This document shows, one piece after another, positions 10,024 to 19,865 of a stretch of DNA of 64,000 nt. The stretch's first letter is position 1. Each line of letters starts with the position of its first letter. A model generated the notes under the pieces. That model did not search any database. It worked only from the letters and a program-made list of their open reading frames with translations, and was not told where the DNA came from. The translations under genes and the position numbers were made by a program. The stretch is taken from assembly GCA_965232515.1 (NCBI GenBank), contig CBDDPY010000002.1, forward strand, positions 4,224,001 through 4,288,000, written 5' to 3'. The stretch comes from Alphaproteobacteria bacterium. Lineage in GTDB: Bacteria > Pseudomonadota > Alphaproteobacteria > GCA-2731375.

Positions 10024-10842
10024 ATGCCCAGGAAGTCTGTCGACGACTTCAGGCCAAGAGGGCTGCGAATTGGCGAGCGAATTTATTCTGACAAAGATAT
10101 CGAACAGATAATTTCAGCGGCTGGCGGTCTGCCTGACAGCAAGATATGGCACCTGCAACCTAACCAAGATGCATCCGACCTGGAGCGCAAGCTTGTGCGT
10201 CGGCATGTTGCGTTGGTCGAGCGAATCGAGTCTGCGGCACAGAATTACCTGATCAATTCGGAGTTCGCGACCCGTCCGACAGGCAAGCAGCTCTCCGACG
10301 AGTTCAAACGAATTGCCGAAGCTGCGGATCGACTTCTTGAGGCGCTTCATGTACCAGAAGACGGAGATGTCGACCAAATGCCGGACGCGCTACGGTTCGG
10401 CGGCTTGCAGGCGTTTGCTGGGAACGAGATTGATGCCCTTGGTGGCGACTACCGAGGACGCGGCGCGGCGGGCGTGCTGCAGGACGCGATTTCCGGTGTT
10501 GTTCAGATACGTCACTGGGCGTCGGCGGCTACAACCCGACACGCATTGAGGCATGCCACACCTCGTAAAGACAGAAATAAGGGCGATCAGTCGCTTGATC
10601 AGTTCATTGGCGATCTCGCCGACATTTGGATTGAGGTTTTCGAGCGCTCAATCGCAACGTCAGTGGGTGCGCCTGGCCGGTCGAACGAGGGCGAGGCCAG
10701 CGGGCCGTTTTTGCATTACATGGCCGCTTGCCTCGATCCTGTCCTTTGTAGCGATACGCCATCAATAGACGCGTTGCGTAGCCGAGTGCGCCGCCACCTG
10801 GTGCCCAAGCCGCTAGGCAAATCAACCTCTGAAAAAAGTTAA
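10024..10842 (+). CDS. Hypothetical protein, coupled to the integrase
   Basis: 272-aa ORF starting 4 nt after the integrase stop. Confidence 0.7.
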   Translation: MPRKSVDDFRPRGLRIGERIYSDKDIEQIISAAGGLPDSKIWHLQPNQDASDLERKLVRRHVALVERIESAAQNYLINSEFATRPTGKQLSDEFKRIAEAADRLLEALHVPEDGDVDQMPDALRFGGLQAFAGNEIDALGGDYRGRGAAGVLQDAISGVVQIRHWASAATTRHALRHATPRKDRNKGDQSLDQFIGDLADIWIEVFERSIATSVGAPGRSNEGEASGPFLHYMAACLDPVLCSDTPSIDALRSRVRRHLVPKPLGKSTSEKS

Positions 10843-10926
10843 TCTGGCCATTTCGACTGAGCGGTAGCGCTTCAGCATCTTTGCCCCTGCCCGCCGGTTC
10901 GTTCCGGCCGTTAGATGCAGAGGTAA

Positions 10927-11163
10927 TTGATGACCATCACGCATGCGAAGAAGGAAGCCGCAGCCAATGCCCATCTGGGTTGGCTCCGGGCTCCTGACGC
11001 CGCCGCCTATGTTGGGCTGTCGGAATCCACGCTCGCCAAGATGAGGTGTCGCGGCGACGGGCCGCGCTATTCGAAGGCCGGGAAAATCGTCCTTTACGCG
11101 ACAGCCGTACTGGACGACTGGCTTGAGGCCCGTTCTCGTCTCAGCACGTCCGAGGCGGCGTGA
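10927..11163 (+). CDS. AlpA/excisionase-like HTH protein
   Basis: LRAPDAAAYVGLSESTLAKMRCRGDGPRYSKAG..VLY...LDDWL; GAGG RBS. Confidence 0.88.
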   Translation: MMTITHAKKEAAANAHLGWLRAPDAAAYVGLSESTLAKMRCRGDGPRYSKAGKIVLYATAVLDDWLEARSRLSTSEAA

Positions 11164-11283
11164 ACCTCTTGAACTCAGGAATGCAAAGCCCGCTCCGGCC
11201 AGGAACCGGAAGCGGGCGTATTGCATTGGTGGCTTCGAAACATCGCCCTGACAGCAACAGGGCCGACAAAAGGTACATTGGAT

Positions 11284-11490
11284 ATGCAAAATATACACTC
11301 AGTCCACGAGCTTTTCAATTCTAGCCGTCCCTCCTCCGCGGCGACTGAATTAGCCAAAAATCTCTCCGATCTGGGAACCGACGATCTGGCTTTCGTCCGG
11401 GCGATGATCTGTCGTCTACATGTGTCGGCACCGGTTGCCCGGCTGATCGCCGATATGACTCAAATCGAACGCGAAAGGTCGCGGCGATGA
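11284..11490 (+). CDS. Small hypothetical protein of the element core
   Basis: ORF co-oriented with the replication module; ATGA overlap with the next ORF. Confidence 0.5.
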   Translation: MQNIHSVHELFNSSRPSSAATELAKNLSDLGTDDLAFVRAMICRLHVSAPVARLIADMTQIERERSRR

Positions 11491-11621
11491 CGCCGGCACA
11501 GAAGCTTCCAGCCGCCGTCGAACAGGCCGTGATCACCACTTTGCGCAAAACCTGGTGGCAATGTCCGCAACGCGATTTTCCACCGCCTCGATATGTCGTC
11601 CTTGAGGGCGGACGAAAATGA
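11487..11621 (+). CDS. 44-aa hypothetical protein
   Basis: Translated by hand (MTPAQKLPAAVEQAV...); ATGA overlaps at both ends. Confidence 0.45.
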   Translation: MTPAQKLPAAVEQAVITTLRKTWWQCPQRDFPPPRYVVLEGGRK

Positions 11622-12205
11622 ACGACAGCTTGCTTGCCGAGTTTCGTAATGCCGAATGGGAATTCGCCCGATCGTCGCCGGCAAAAATTCTGCGCCGCAA
11701 TGATATTGAACCGGCCGCCGCTATCGCTGTTGGCGGCATTGGCATGCAGCAAACCATTTCCTTCGGGGGGCGGCTGTACGAGCCGTCCGAGGATGACGGC
11801 CAGAAGATGCTGGTTCTCTGCGTCCCCCCGCCGTGGCGCTGTGCCGACGGTTGGGAGCTCAACGTCAATGCGGTGGATTTGTGCGCCTTCGATCCGCGAG
11901 CGCCGCGCGACTGGCGTCTGAGACTAGGCGACGCCGACGGCATCGGTTGGTGGTGGCGTCATCAGTGCTGGGAGCTGGATCAGCCTTTGCTGGTGGTGAG
12001 CGACCCGTTGTCGTGGCTGCGCGCCGCTGGCGAAGCCTTCTGCATCTTGAGGCCGGAGGCCGTCAAGCCGGCGCTGGACGGGCTGGGCCGCGTGCTGGTG
12101 CCGGATCTGGAAACTAAGAAGCTGATCGACGACGGCGTGCGGATGCCCGCAATCCCGATGCCGAAAATCAAGTTGTTGGAAAGAGAATATGAACACGCAG
12201 CGTAG
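11618..12205 (+). CDS. Hypothetical replication-module protein preceding the helicase
   Basis: VDLCAFDP..PRDWRLRLG and PLSWLRAAG motifs; overlaps the helicase start. Confidence 0.65.
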   Translation: MNDSLLAEFRNAEWEFARSSPAKILRRNDIEPAAAIAVGGIGMQQTISFGGRLYEPSEDDGQKMLVLCVPPPWRCADGWELNVNAVDLCAFDPRAPRDWRLRLGDADGIGWWWRHQCWELDQPLLVVSDPLSWLRAAGEAFCILRPEAVKPALDGLGRVLVPDLETKKLIDDGVRMPAIPMPKIKLLEREYEHAA

Positions 12206-13148
12206 TCAGGCTGAGCGGCTTTGGGAGGGGGCGACCGAAATCGAACCGGAGCGCCGGCTAAAGGCCGTCAACGTCGGCGATCTGTTGGCGATGGACATCC
12301 CGCCAAGGAAGATGCTTCTCGCGCCCGTCCTGCCGCGTCAGGGACTGGTGATGCTCTACAGCAAGCGCGGTGTTGGAAAGACGAACCTCGGCCTGCGCAT
12401 GGCCTATGCCGTCGCGGCAGGCGGGCCGTGCCTGCGCTGGGAAGCGCCAAAACCGAACCGGGTTCTGTTCATAGACGGGGAGATGCCGCTCATCACACTT
12501 CAGGAACGGCTAGCTTCCATCGTGGCAGGCGCGAGCGAAGAAATAGATCCCGAGTTCCTGCGCATCATTGCCGCCGATCACCAAACTGACGGCATCCCGG
12601 ACCTCAGCACTGAGGACGGGCAATCGGCTATTGAGCCGTATCTGCGTGATGGCGTCGATCTGGTCGTATTGGACAACCTCTCAACGCTCTGTCGTTCGGG
12701 CCGGGAGAACGAGTCCGAGAGTTGGGGTCCGGTGCAGGAATGGGCGCTGTCCCTGCGCCGTCGCGATATCTCGGTGCTCTTGGTCCATCACGCCGGTAAG
12801 GGCGGTCACCAGCGCGGCACCAGCCGACGTGAGGACGTGCTGGACACAATCATCTCCCTTCGCCACCCGGAGGACTACAGCCCGACGGAAGGCGCACGGT
12901 TCGAGGTTCATTTCGAGAAGGCGCGCGGCATCGTCGGCGACGAAGCAAAGCCATTCGAGGCCCGGCTCGAAGTTGTGGACGGTGCCGCACTCTGGTCTAC
13001 CCGTGATCTGGAAGATGCCGAAATCGCCAGAGCCGTTGCGCTGTACGCTGAGGATATGAGCGTCCGGGACGTGGCCTCGGAAATGGGCATCAGCAAAAGC
13101 AAGGCGCAACGTTTGCGTGCAAAAGCCGATGAAGCGGGTTTGTTGTGA
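12189..13148 (+). CDS. AAA_25 / RepA-like replicative helicase with C-terminal HTH
   Basis: Walker A variant SKRGVGKT, LFIDGEM, VVLDNLSTL, LVHHAGK..QRGTS. Confidence 0.9.
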   Translation: MNTQRSQAERLWEGATEIEPERRLKAVNVGDLLAMDIPPRKMLLAPVLPRQGLVMLYSKRGVGKTNLGLRMAYAVAAGGPCLRWEAPKPNRVLFIDGEMPLITLQERLASIVAGASEEIDPEFLRIIAADHQTDGIPDLSTEDGQSAIEPYLRDGVDLVVLDNLSTLCRSGRENESESWGPVQEWALSLRRRDISVLLVHHAGKGGHQRGTSRREDVLDTIISLRHPEDYSPTEGARFEVHFEKARGIVGDEAKPFEARLEVVDGAALWSTRDLEDAEIARAVALYAEDMSVRDVASEMGISKSKAQRLRAKADEAGLL

Positions 13149-13882
13149 TGTCCGGCGATATCAACAAAGTATATCAAACCGATATAGGTGTCCCAGTGTC
13201 CCACCCCCTAGGCCATGGGACAGTGGGACACTTGGCCGAAAAGCGGGACAGCGCTCGGGACAGTGATGGGACACCTAGCCTGAAAGCATTAGCTGCTAAG
13301 GTCTTGGCGCGGGACACTGGCCGGGACACCAGTGGGACAGTTGGCGAAAAAGGTGTCCCACCGGGGTCCGAAGGCGTGGGACACCAAAAGCAGCCAGTTT
13401 CCGGCGGCTGGAAAAAAGAACGGCTCGACCACAAGGCGAATACGCCCGCAAGTGACGTTTCAGGCGCTCCCGGCAACATCGTGCTCCTAAGGGTGCCGAA
13501 GGGCTGCCCTGCAGACTGGGTACTAGGTGTCGACCTGCTGCGCCGATCCGCACCGTTGCCGGGCTGGAAGGAAAAGCGCTGGCGGCAGATGCAGGCGGAC
13601 GCGACCGACTTCATTGAAAATTGGGCTGCGAAGGCTCACGGGCTCGGGTGGACGGAAACCGAGCTTTTCGGCACCGACGGCAACTATCAACGCCTGAACG
13701 CCTACGGCCTGCTTCCAGTCGTCAGCGGGAAAACAATCGTCGCGCTGACGGATGAGACCGCGACGCTGCGACCTGCGACATTCTGCGACAATCGAAATGA
13801 TACCCGATTCTACCGCCGGCCGATGCCGGCTTCATCCCAGCTTGTTTGGAAATTCTTGGAGTCACAACGCGATCTCACATAA
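13145..13882 (+). CDS. Hypothetical protein; its 5' part overlaps the iteron-like cluster
   Basis: Overlaps the helicase stop; motif WAAKAHGLGWTETELFG. Confidence 0.6.
   Translation: MMSGDINKVYQTDIGVPVSHPLGHGTVGHLAEKRDSARDSDGTPSLKALAAKVLARDTGRDTSGTVGEKGVPPGSEGVGHQKQPVSGGWKKERLDHKANTPASDVSGAPGNIVLLRVPKGCPADWVLGVDLLRRSAPLPGWKEKRWRQMQADATDFIENWAAKAHGLGWTETELFGTDGNYQRLNAYGLLPVVSGKTIVALTDETATLRPATFCDNRNDTRFYRRPMPASSQLVWKFLESQRDLT
13188..13383. repeat. Iteron-like cluster (12x GGGACA/TGTCCC), probable replication origin
   Basis: 9 forward and 3 reverse copies in ~195 bp directly after the helicase. Confidence 0.7.
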
Positions 13883-13982
13883 ATCCGCGTGGTTCAGAAC
13901 TCAAGAACCCAATTTCTGATGCGACTTGGAGTGATGGCCCAAAGATAGCGGATATGTTTGATAAAGGACTGACAAGGTGACA

Positions 13983-14663
13983 TCACCGACACTGATACAA
14001 GAAGGAATACACACAGGTTTCGTCGTCGGTGAATGGTCGAGATGCATACAGGGTTATCCAGCAGCTAGATTTCTTAGGGATCCTAAAATTTTCTGCAATA
14101 TTGAGTACGCCATTGGAGCTCGAACCTTCGTTCGATGCGCGAATTTTTGGCTCAGGGCAGACTAGGTCAACTTTTTTGTAGTTTTTGTCATAAGCGGTGA
14201 TAATCCCACCGCCATCTAAACTAATCGTGTCTCCAATACGTAGCGCAAATCGTTGGCCACGTTCCACGCGAGCCAAACTATCAGGCACCAACAGGCGACT
14301 CTCAGATGATGTCTTCGTCTCATCAAGGTCCAGGTTGTAGACGATTTGGAGAGCACCTAACACACACTCATTGTAAACACTACGCGCCTCAAGGCGGAGG
14401 CGTTCGTCGTCGAATGAGTCGAGAAAGTCCGTTTCGCTTTTGGAAATCTCCAACTCGCCTTCACCTTCGAGCACTTTGCCGAACAGGCGCTTGATTCCCC
14501 CTTCGATTTGGCCTCGAAACTCGATACTTGCACCACTCGAACAAACAACGGCGAGCGCTCGTAACTCTTCCGGAAGGTCGCGTTCCTGGCCGGTTGCGTT
14601 GGTGCTAATGGAAACAGAACTAAGACCACAAACTGCCGATACCAAGAACAGGCGCGTCCACAT
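13983..14663 (-). CDS. Secreted hypothetical protein
   Basis: Signal peptide MWTRLFLVSAVCGLSSVSIS; purine-rich RBS upstream. Confidence 0.65.
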   Translation of the reverse strand: MWTRLFLVSAVCGLSSVSISTNATGQERDLPEELRALAVVCSSGASIEFRGQIEGGIKRLFGKVLEGEGELEISKSETDFLDSFDDERLRLEARSVYNECVLGALQIVYNLDLDETKTSSESRLLVPDSLARVERGQRFALRIGDTISLDGGGIITAYDKNYKKVDLVCPEPKIRASNEGSSSNGVLNIAENFRIPKKSSCWITLYASRPFTDDETCVYSFLYQCR

Positions 14664-14771
14664 ACCTCGTCCCCTTCGACTGCATAGGCGTCCAATGCAA
14701 GTTTTGCAGGCATTGAATGCTAAGGCAAAGCTTCCGAGGGTAGCAACGATTTCTGGTCGAGAGACGACCGA

Positions 14772-14999
14772 TATGGCGCCGCACAGTGCCGATGGCACCT
14801 GCTGCACGGCGAGCGGCCGGACAGCGCCCGCTGTGCCGGTTGCGACGCTGTTCTAAGCGGCACCGAAGTTCGAGATTTGGGCGGCGGTGTTCGCGTGCAT
14901 GACAAGCCGGACAACGGATGCTTGATCGCCTATGGCGAGCGTTGGCGCACAAGAGCTTCGGCGGGATTGAAAAGACTAGGGATCACAAAGCGATCATAG
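14772..14999 (+). pseudogene. Start-less fragment of a zinc-binding phage/satellite protein
   Basis: Hand translation QCRWHLLHGERPDSARCAGCD..RVH..CLIAYGERWRTRASAGLKRLGI*. Confidence 0.45.
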
Positions 15000-16211
15000 A
15001 GTTCATGACGCAATGTCGTACTTGTTTCCCATCAGATCGCACATGTGCGCTGCGTCGAATAAGACAAGCGCCAACTCAAGCACCAGACTGCCTCTACTAC
15101 ATTCTCGCAAAAATTAGTGTTGCGATTGCACCCCGGAGCGGTTGTTCCAGGGCGCTGATCGCTGTGTGGTTTCTTGTCAAGTCGTTGAATTCACGATTAT
15201 TTCCAGGGCGATGTTGATTTCTGGAATGTAGAAACCCACAACGGTAAATCCCAAGCCCAGAATCCAACGCTTTGGCCGGATCGCCTCTAGCGACTTCTTA
15301 ATACGCATATGCCGTCCCCTTCTAAGTCCGTTACAAGACCTTCTCGAAGATCCTTGCTGATTAGCTCTCGAATTGACGTTGAAGCCGTTCATGACCGTCC
15401 TCCATCAAAGGGTGAACGGGTCGGTTGCCAAACTACGGCCGCGCAAAGCATTGCAGATATGTCCTCTTCAGCCTCTCGTTCCTCGCTCTTCCTCCCCCGG
15501 TGTCCCAAGTTGTGCATTTGCCAGTTCTCGGCTTATGTCACCCTGCTTTCGTTTGACCCTTCTTAGTTGTAGCGTCTCATTGGAACACGGCTACCCTGGT
15601 CCATTCGTGTTTCCATATCCCCTTGAAGATTGGCCGCGCGAAATCAACGGGTTGCTTCGGCGGTCTTGAGGCGGCGTCGAACGCCGGATTGACTCGACCC
15701 TCGTTGCAACGTGCAGGTGACGACGTGTAATCAATTCGTCATCATTGCAAGTATGCAACACACGATCGCGGTGATTCGCCGTCAGGCACTGGGTTTCGTG
15801 AGCGCGCGGCGACGTTTTTGTTGCAATGATCTTGGCTGTGTGGGGATGCGAAACGGCGGTCATATCGCGCCTCGCGCTGCTGTCGGCGTCAAGCCGTGGC
15901 GCGTCATGTCGAGATATGTCGTCTGCGTATCGCATTTTTCCCCTAACCGCTTAAGTGTCGTGCCGGAGAGCCTAAATTACGGTCAGCTATGTCACTAAAT
16001 TCGAGAATATGATCGACAATGCACAAATGTGATGCGGCAACCACCGTCCCAACAATTACGCGAGACAAGAATGTCGATCCGTAGTTGTCAACATCGTCAC
16101 TGAGCGAGACAGGACAGATTGGGAGGTCCGGGCGGCGGCTTCGACGGCAGTCGATAATCTGGTTGGTATTGTCTTTCAATGCCAATTGGCACGGACTAGA
16201 GGCACTCGCCC

Positions 16212-16730
16212 ATGAATAGCGCTCACGAATATGTCGTGACCCGGAAGCACCATGAAGCCTTCGGCATGATCGTTCAGGCGTTCGCACGACATGAACAGTT
16301 GATGACGATGACGGCGGCTTGGCTGTTGGATGCCCAGCTTTGGCCAATTGCCGTGGTCATGGCCGGACTCGGATATGCCGGGAAGCGGGACGCGATAGTG
16401 AGCATCATCAAGCACGTCGAGCCAGCAGATGAAAGGACCGATGCGATATCCGGTTTTTTGAATAAGCTCGATAAGTTTTCCAAGCTACGAAACAACATCG
16501 CGCATAGCACGTGGACAGAGGGCAAGCGGCCGGACTCGATAAAGCCCATGACGGTGATTGTTCGTCACGGATCTGGGCGCTTTATCGGCGCGAACCAGAA
16601 TGAGCCTGACTACACCGTCAAAGAGCTGTTCGAGGCTGCCAACCAATTGAACATCCTCTACAACAGCTTTGCGCAATTCGTGCAGCAATCGGGTATTGGG
16701 GCGGCTGTCCAAGCTAAGACAAACCCTTAG
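16212..16730 (+). CDS. Hypothetical protein with HEPN-like RxxxxH motif
   Basis: LRNNIAH preceded by an FARHE helix. Confidence 0.65.
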   Translation: MNSAHEYVVTRKHHEAFGMIVQAFARHEQLMTMTAAWLLDAQLWPIAVVMAGLGYAGKRDAIVSIIKHVEPADERTDAISGFLNKLDKFSKLRNNIAHSTWTEGKRPDSIKPMTVIVRHGSGRFIGANQNEPDYTVKELFEAANQLNILYNSFAQFVQQSGIGAAVQAKTNP

Positions 16731-16818
16731 GCAGAGATCGGCCCGCCTACCGCTCAACGATATCAATCTCGATGTGGCCCCTCGACTTGTAGGTCGTGCA
16801 AGTCAGCTTCCGGCGCGT

Positions 16819-17343
16819 CTACGACTTCTGTTTCGTCTTCCTGGCCTTACCTGTCCGGGTTTTCGCCTTCGCGCTTTTGCGGGCACGTTCTACGGCTTCG
16901 TCAGCCCACTTCTTGCGCTCCCGTTCACGAATAGCGCCGATCTCCCTAAGACCGTCATACATCTCTCCGCGCCCGGCTGATTCCTGTGTGCCTTGACCGA
17001 TCAGCCGCGATGCGGCCTGTTGAAGCGAACCACGAATGATTGACTGTTCCGCGTAATAGCGTTCCAGGTGGTCGTCGGTCATGCGGTCAACTAGCTCGGG
17101 GTCGCGTTCAATCGATAGCATCTCGTCAAGATCGAACGCGGGTGGGTAATGACCAAAAGCCTCTCGATAGGCCGTAAGGGCATTGATGAGATCTACGGCT
17201 TGCTGTCCAATCTCATAAGACCTGCCAGCGCCACGTGCTACGCGTATCAGGTTTGTTGTAAGGCTCCGGAGCGCCCAACTGACTTCTTGCTCAGCCCGTT
17301 TGCGAGCTAGATCGCCTTCTGAGTTGTCGCTAACAACACGCAT
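16819..17343 (-). CDS. Hypothetical protein
   Basis: ~175-aa ORF with a basic C-terminal tail; exact start uncertain. Confidence 0.6.
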   Translation of the reverse strand: MRVVSDNSEGDLARKRAEQEVSWALRSLTTNLIRVARGAGRSYEIGQQAVDLINALTAYREAFGHYPPAFDLDEMLSIERDPELVDRMTDDHLERYYAEQSIIRGSLQQAASRLIGQGTQESAGRGEMYDGLREIGAIRERERKKWADEAVERARKSAKAKTRTGKARKTKQKS

Positions 17344-17477
17344 CTGCACCCCCACATCGCCTCCACCGCACTAGCATGAAGGGTTGTTAACGGGCTGTCG
17401 AGATACACCGTCTGCGAGGGGCGAGTTTGACGTCTCTGACCGCCCCTTGATCTAATTTCGGCGGATGGGGTGATTCG

Positions 17478-17684
17478 ATGGTGCGGCAATCAACACGACA
17501 GGGCTTGAGTGATCCAAGGCCGGTGCTTCAGGCACTGCGCCAGATGAAAGAGGCCATGCGGGAATTACAGCGGACGCACCGGGCAACGCATCCCGTTTAT
17601 CGAGCGGCTCGCGATCTGGAAAACCAGATACCCGACATCGGGACGCTGATTACCCGCGACCCGAATTGGCTAGACCTGCGATAG
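17478..17684 (+). CDS. Small hypothetical protein
   Basis: GGGGTG RBS; 68-aa ORF. Confidence 0.5.
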   Translation: MVRQSTRQGLSDPRPVLQALRQMKEAMRELQRTHRATHPVYRAARDLENQIPDIGTLITRDPNWLDLR

Positions 17685-17815
17685 TCGCAATTCAGCCATT
17701 GAGGCCCGCCCCTTTCGTCATTTCTGCTGAAATCTCTCAACCATCCAAGATTGACGCTGCTATCGGCGAAACCACGCGCTTGCATACAGTTGGTTAATGG
17801 CCAACATTTGCACCT

Positions 17816-18222
17816 ATGAGACGTATCATCATCGCAATGCCGCTCCTTGCCGGCTGCCAGACGACGCCGGTTGTCATTGAACCGACGCCGGAGAAAGTGG
17901 CAGCCCAGTTCGAGGTCGCAGCATTCGAAAACGACTTCGGCGACGGCCCTGGCATAATCCACAAATGGCCGAAAGGTCCGCTAATTGCCGGCCTCGATGC
18001 GGGCGATCCATCGCATCACGCGGCTTTCCTCAGACGGCACGCTGCCGATCTCACGGCCGCTATCGCCCGTCGGTGATCTGCGAGGCCGACACCGTGTTCG
18101 AGCTAACCGAAGCCGACAAGATCCTCCTCCGCACCCTATACGACCCGCGCCTCAAGCCCGGCATGACGAAGGCCGAGGCCATGCCGATCGCGCGCCAGAT
18201 CATCGCCGAGCAGATGCAATGA
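17816..18222 (+). pseudogene. DUF2927-like lipoprotein, internally deleted and frameshifted
   Basis: Lipobox LLAGC and IHKW in one frame; ELTEADKILLRTLYDPRLKPGMT in another frame. Confidence 0.6.
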
Positions 18223-18494
18223 CGCCCGAAGAATGGCACAAGCTCCACGTCACCCGGATATCGCAAAGAAACAAAATTATTAACTGCGCACTCATAGCAA
18301 CGATGGCCTCTTTCTGCGCCCAAGTGTTCGCCGGCGGCACATTCAGCGAGGTCTTCTACGGCTATCTAATCGCTCTCGGCTTTCTGGTCTATGCGTTACT
18401 CCTGCCGCGCAAATGGCACGCCGAAGACTGCAGGCTCCACGGACATGAACGATGGTGGCGCGAACAATACCCAGACGATGAAGACAGCCTATGA
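18219..18494 (+). CDS. Small two-TM membrane protein
   Basis: Two hydrophobic segments; ATGA overlaps with both neighbours. Confidence 0.55.
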   Translation: MTPEEWHKLHVTRISQRNKIINCALIATMASFCAQVFAGGTFSEVFYGYLIALGFLVYALLLPRKWHAEDCRLHGHERWWREQYPDDEDSL

Positions 18495-18688
18495 CCTCCG
18501 ACCTCGACATCTACCGCACGGCCAACATCGTGCTTAAGCAGTACGGCGACGACGCGGTTGCAGCGGCCAAGAATCGCGCCGTCGAGCTCTACGAACAGGG
18601 CGCAGCGACCGGGGCCGCCACTTGGCTAAGGATCGCGACGGCGATCGAGGAGCTGCAGAAGACCTTGCCCGACAGCACGACGCATTGA
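18491..18688 (+). CDS. Small hypothetical protein
   Basis: DIYRTANIVLKQYGDDA..W.RIATAIEEL, resembling small alphaproteobacterial phage proteins. Confidence 0.65.
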   Translation: MTSDLDIYRTANIVLKQYGDDAVAAAKNRAVELYEQGAATGAATWLRIATAIEELQKTLPDSTTH

Positions 18689-18701
18689 TTGTTCTGTTCG
18701 A

Positions 18702-18935
18702 TCACTCCACGCAATCGTAACGTCGCTCGAACGCCTTTTCCTTCGGCGCCGGCCGAGCATACCGCCCGTATTTCTTGCAATGCTCGTTCGCCATCTCCAG
18801 CGCCTCGCCTTGCGTGAACGTGGTCACGTTGTCGAGCTGGATGAACCGTTCGTTCGCCATCTCGACAAACATCATGTCCGTCAGACAGCCGGTGGTGAGC
18901 ATGGCGACGAAAGCAGCGGCGATGATGCGTGACAT
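18702..18935 (-). CDS. Small lipoprotein
   Basis: Lipobox LTTGC; paired cysteines. Confidence 0.6.
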   Translation of the reverse strand: MSRIIAAAFVAMLTTGCLTDMMFVEMANERFIQLDNVTTFTQGEALEMANEHCKKYGRYARPAPKEKAFERRYDCVE

Positions 18936-19107
18936 GAGCGGCCCCCTGTACAATCTGCGGGGAGGCTAGCCCGAATGTCGTACAACCGCAACGCCGCCGG
19001 CCTAAGCCCCGCCAGAACGTCGAACTCGGTCTTGGCCGCCGTCACGTGGTTTGCCCGGCCGGTGGCATCTCCTTGAAACCAACCGCGAAGTACCGGAACG
19101 TACCCAC

Positions 19108-19185
19108 GCGCTGTCGAGCTACCGCAAGGAGTATGACGACCGCCTGAAGATGCACCGCAACAAGCCGCTGCACGACTAGTCGTCA
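19108..19185 (+). pseudogene. Remnant resembling the C-terminal nuclease region of a phage large terminase
   Basis: ALSSYRKEYDDRLKMHRNKPLHD*SS, with TAG where the W of PLHDWxSH is expected. Confidence 0.5.
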
Positions 19186-19865
19186 TCGGCCGGTCGTATC
19201 CACTCAATGACTGCTGAGCAAGATTCGTTTGCCGGTATGGCGAACCCTTGGTGCTGGTGCGGCTCGGAAAAATCCGGACTGTCTTGGAAAAGGTGCGCGA
19301 CAAGTTCGAGAATCAGCGGCCGGCCGCCCTCGCATTCCTGCCGCAGTTCGCCCAAGATCATCGGCGGCACATAGATCTCTGCGGTCAGCGATGCCGCCAT
19401 GCCGCTGCCAGCGCTTAGATGCAGGATGCGCCCGGCCAGCTCGTTTTCGCCGGCATGGTCAAACAACTCTATATCGATTTGACGGAAACTTTCCCGCCGT
19501 TCGCCATCCTCTAACGGCAAGGAGTCGACGCACCGGTCTTGCACAAACTCGCCCTTGCCGGTCAATCGCAGCGTCATCGGATGTGGTGCGCGCGAAACGC
19601 TGTCCAGGTGAGCCCTTGCATAGCCGGCCCTTTCAAACTCTTTCAGCGCCTCATAGCGCGATTTCTCATGGGCGTAGTCGTGATCCATGGGCGGCTTGTT
19701 TTCGCGCTGTGACCGCATGTCGACGTCAGCCAAATGGAACACGCGAAGGAACCGGTATTCGGTCACGCGGACGCTCAGGCGCAGCCAGCGCTTGACCAAG
19801 AAATGCTCCCAGTCGCCGTCGATGCACTTGATGATGTTCGGAGTCAACATGGTGTAATCGGTCAT
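19176..19865 (-). CDS. Hypothetical protein
   Basis: 229-aa ORF overlapping the thermonuclease stop; GAGG RBS. Confidence 0.6.
   Translation of the reverse strand: MTDYTMLTPNIIKCIDGDWEHFLVKRWLRLSVRVTEYRFLRVFHLADVDMRSQRENKPPMDHDYAHEKSRYEALKEFERAGYARAHLDSVSRAPHPMTLRLTGKGEFVQDRCVDSLPLEDGERRESFRQIDIELFDHAGENELAGRILHLSAGSGMAASLTAEIYVPPMILGELRQECEGGRPLILELVAHLFQDSPDFSEPHQHQGFAIPANESCSAVIEWIRPADDD

Noticed and set aside
13188-13383. CRISPR array
   Set aside because: Repeats are 6 bp, irregularly spaced and in both orientations; no cas genes.
15400-15600. Hammerhead-like CTGAAGA on the minus strand
   Set aside because: No stem II followed by GAAA in the required arrangement.
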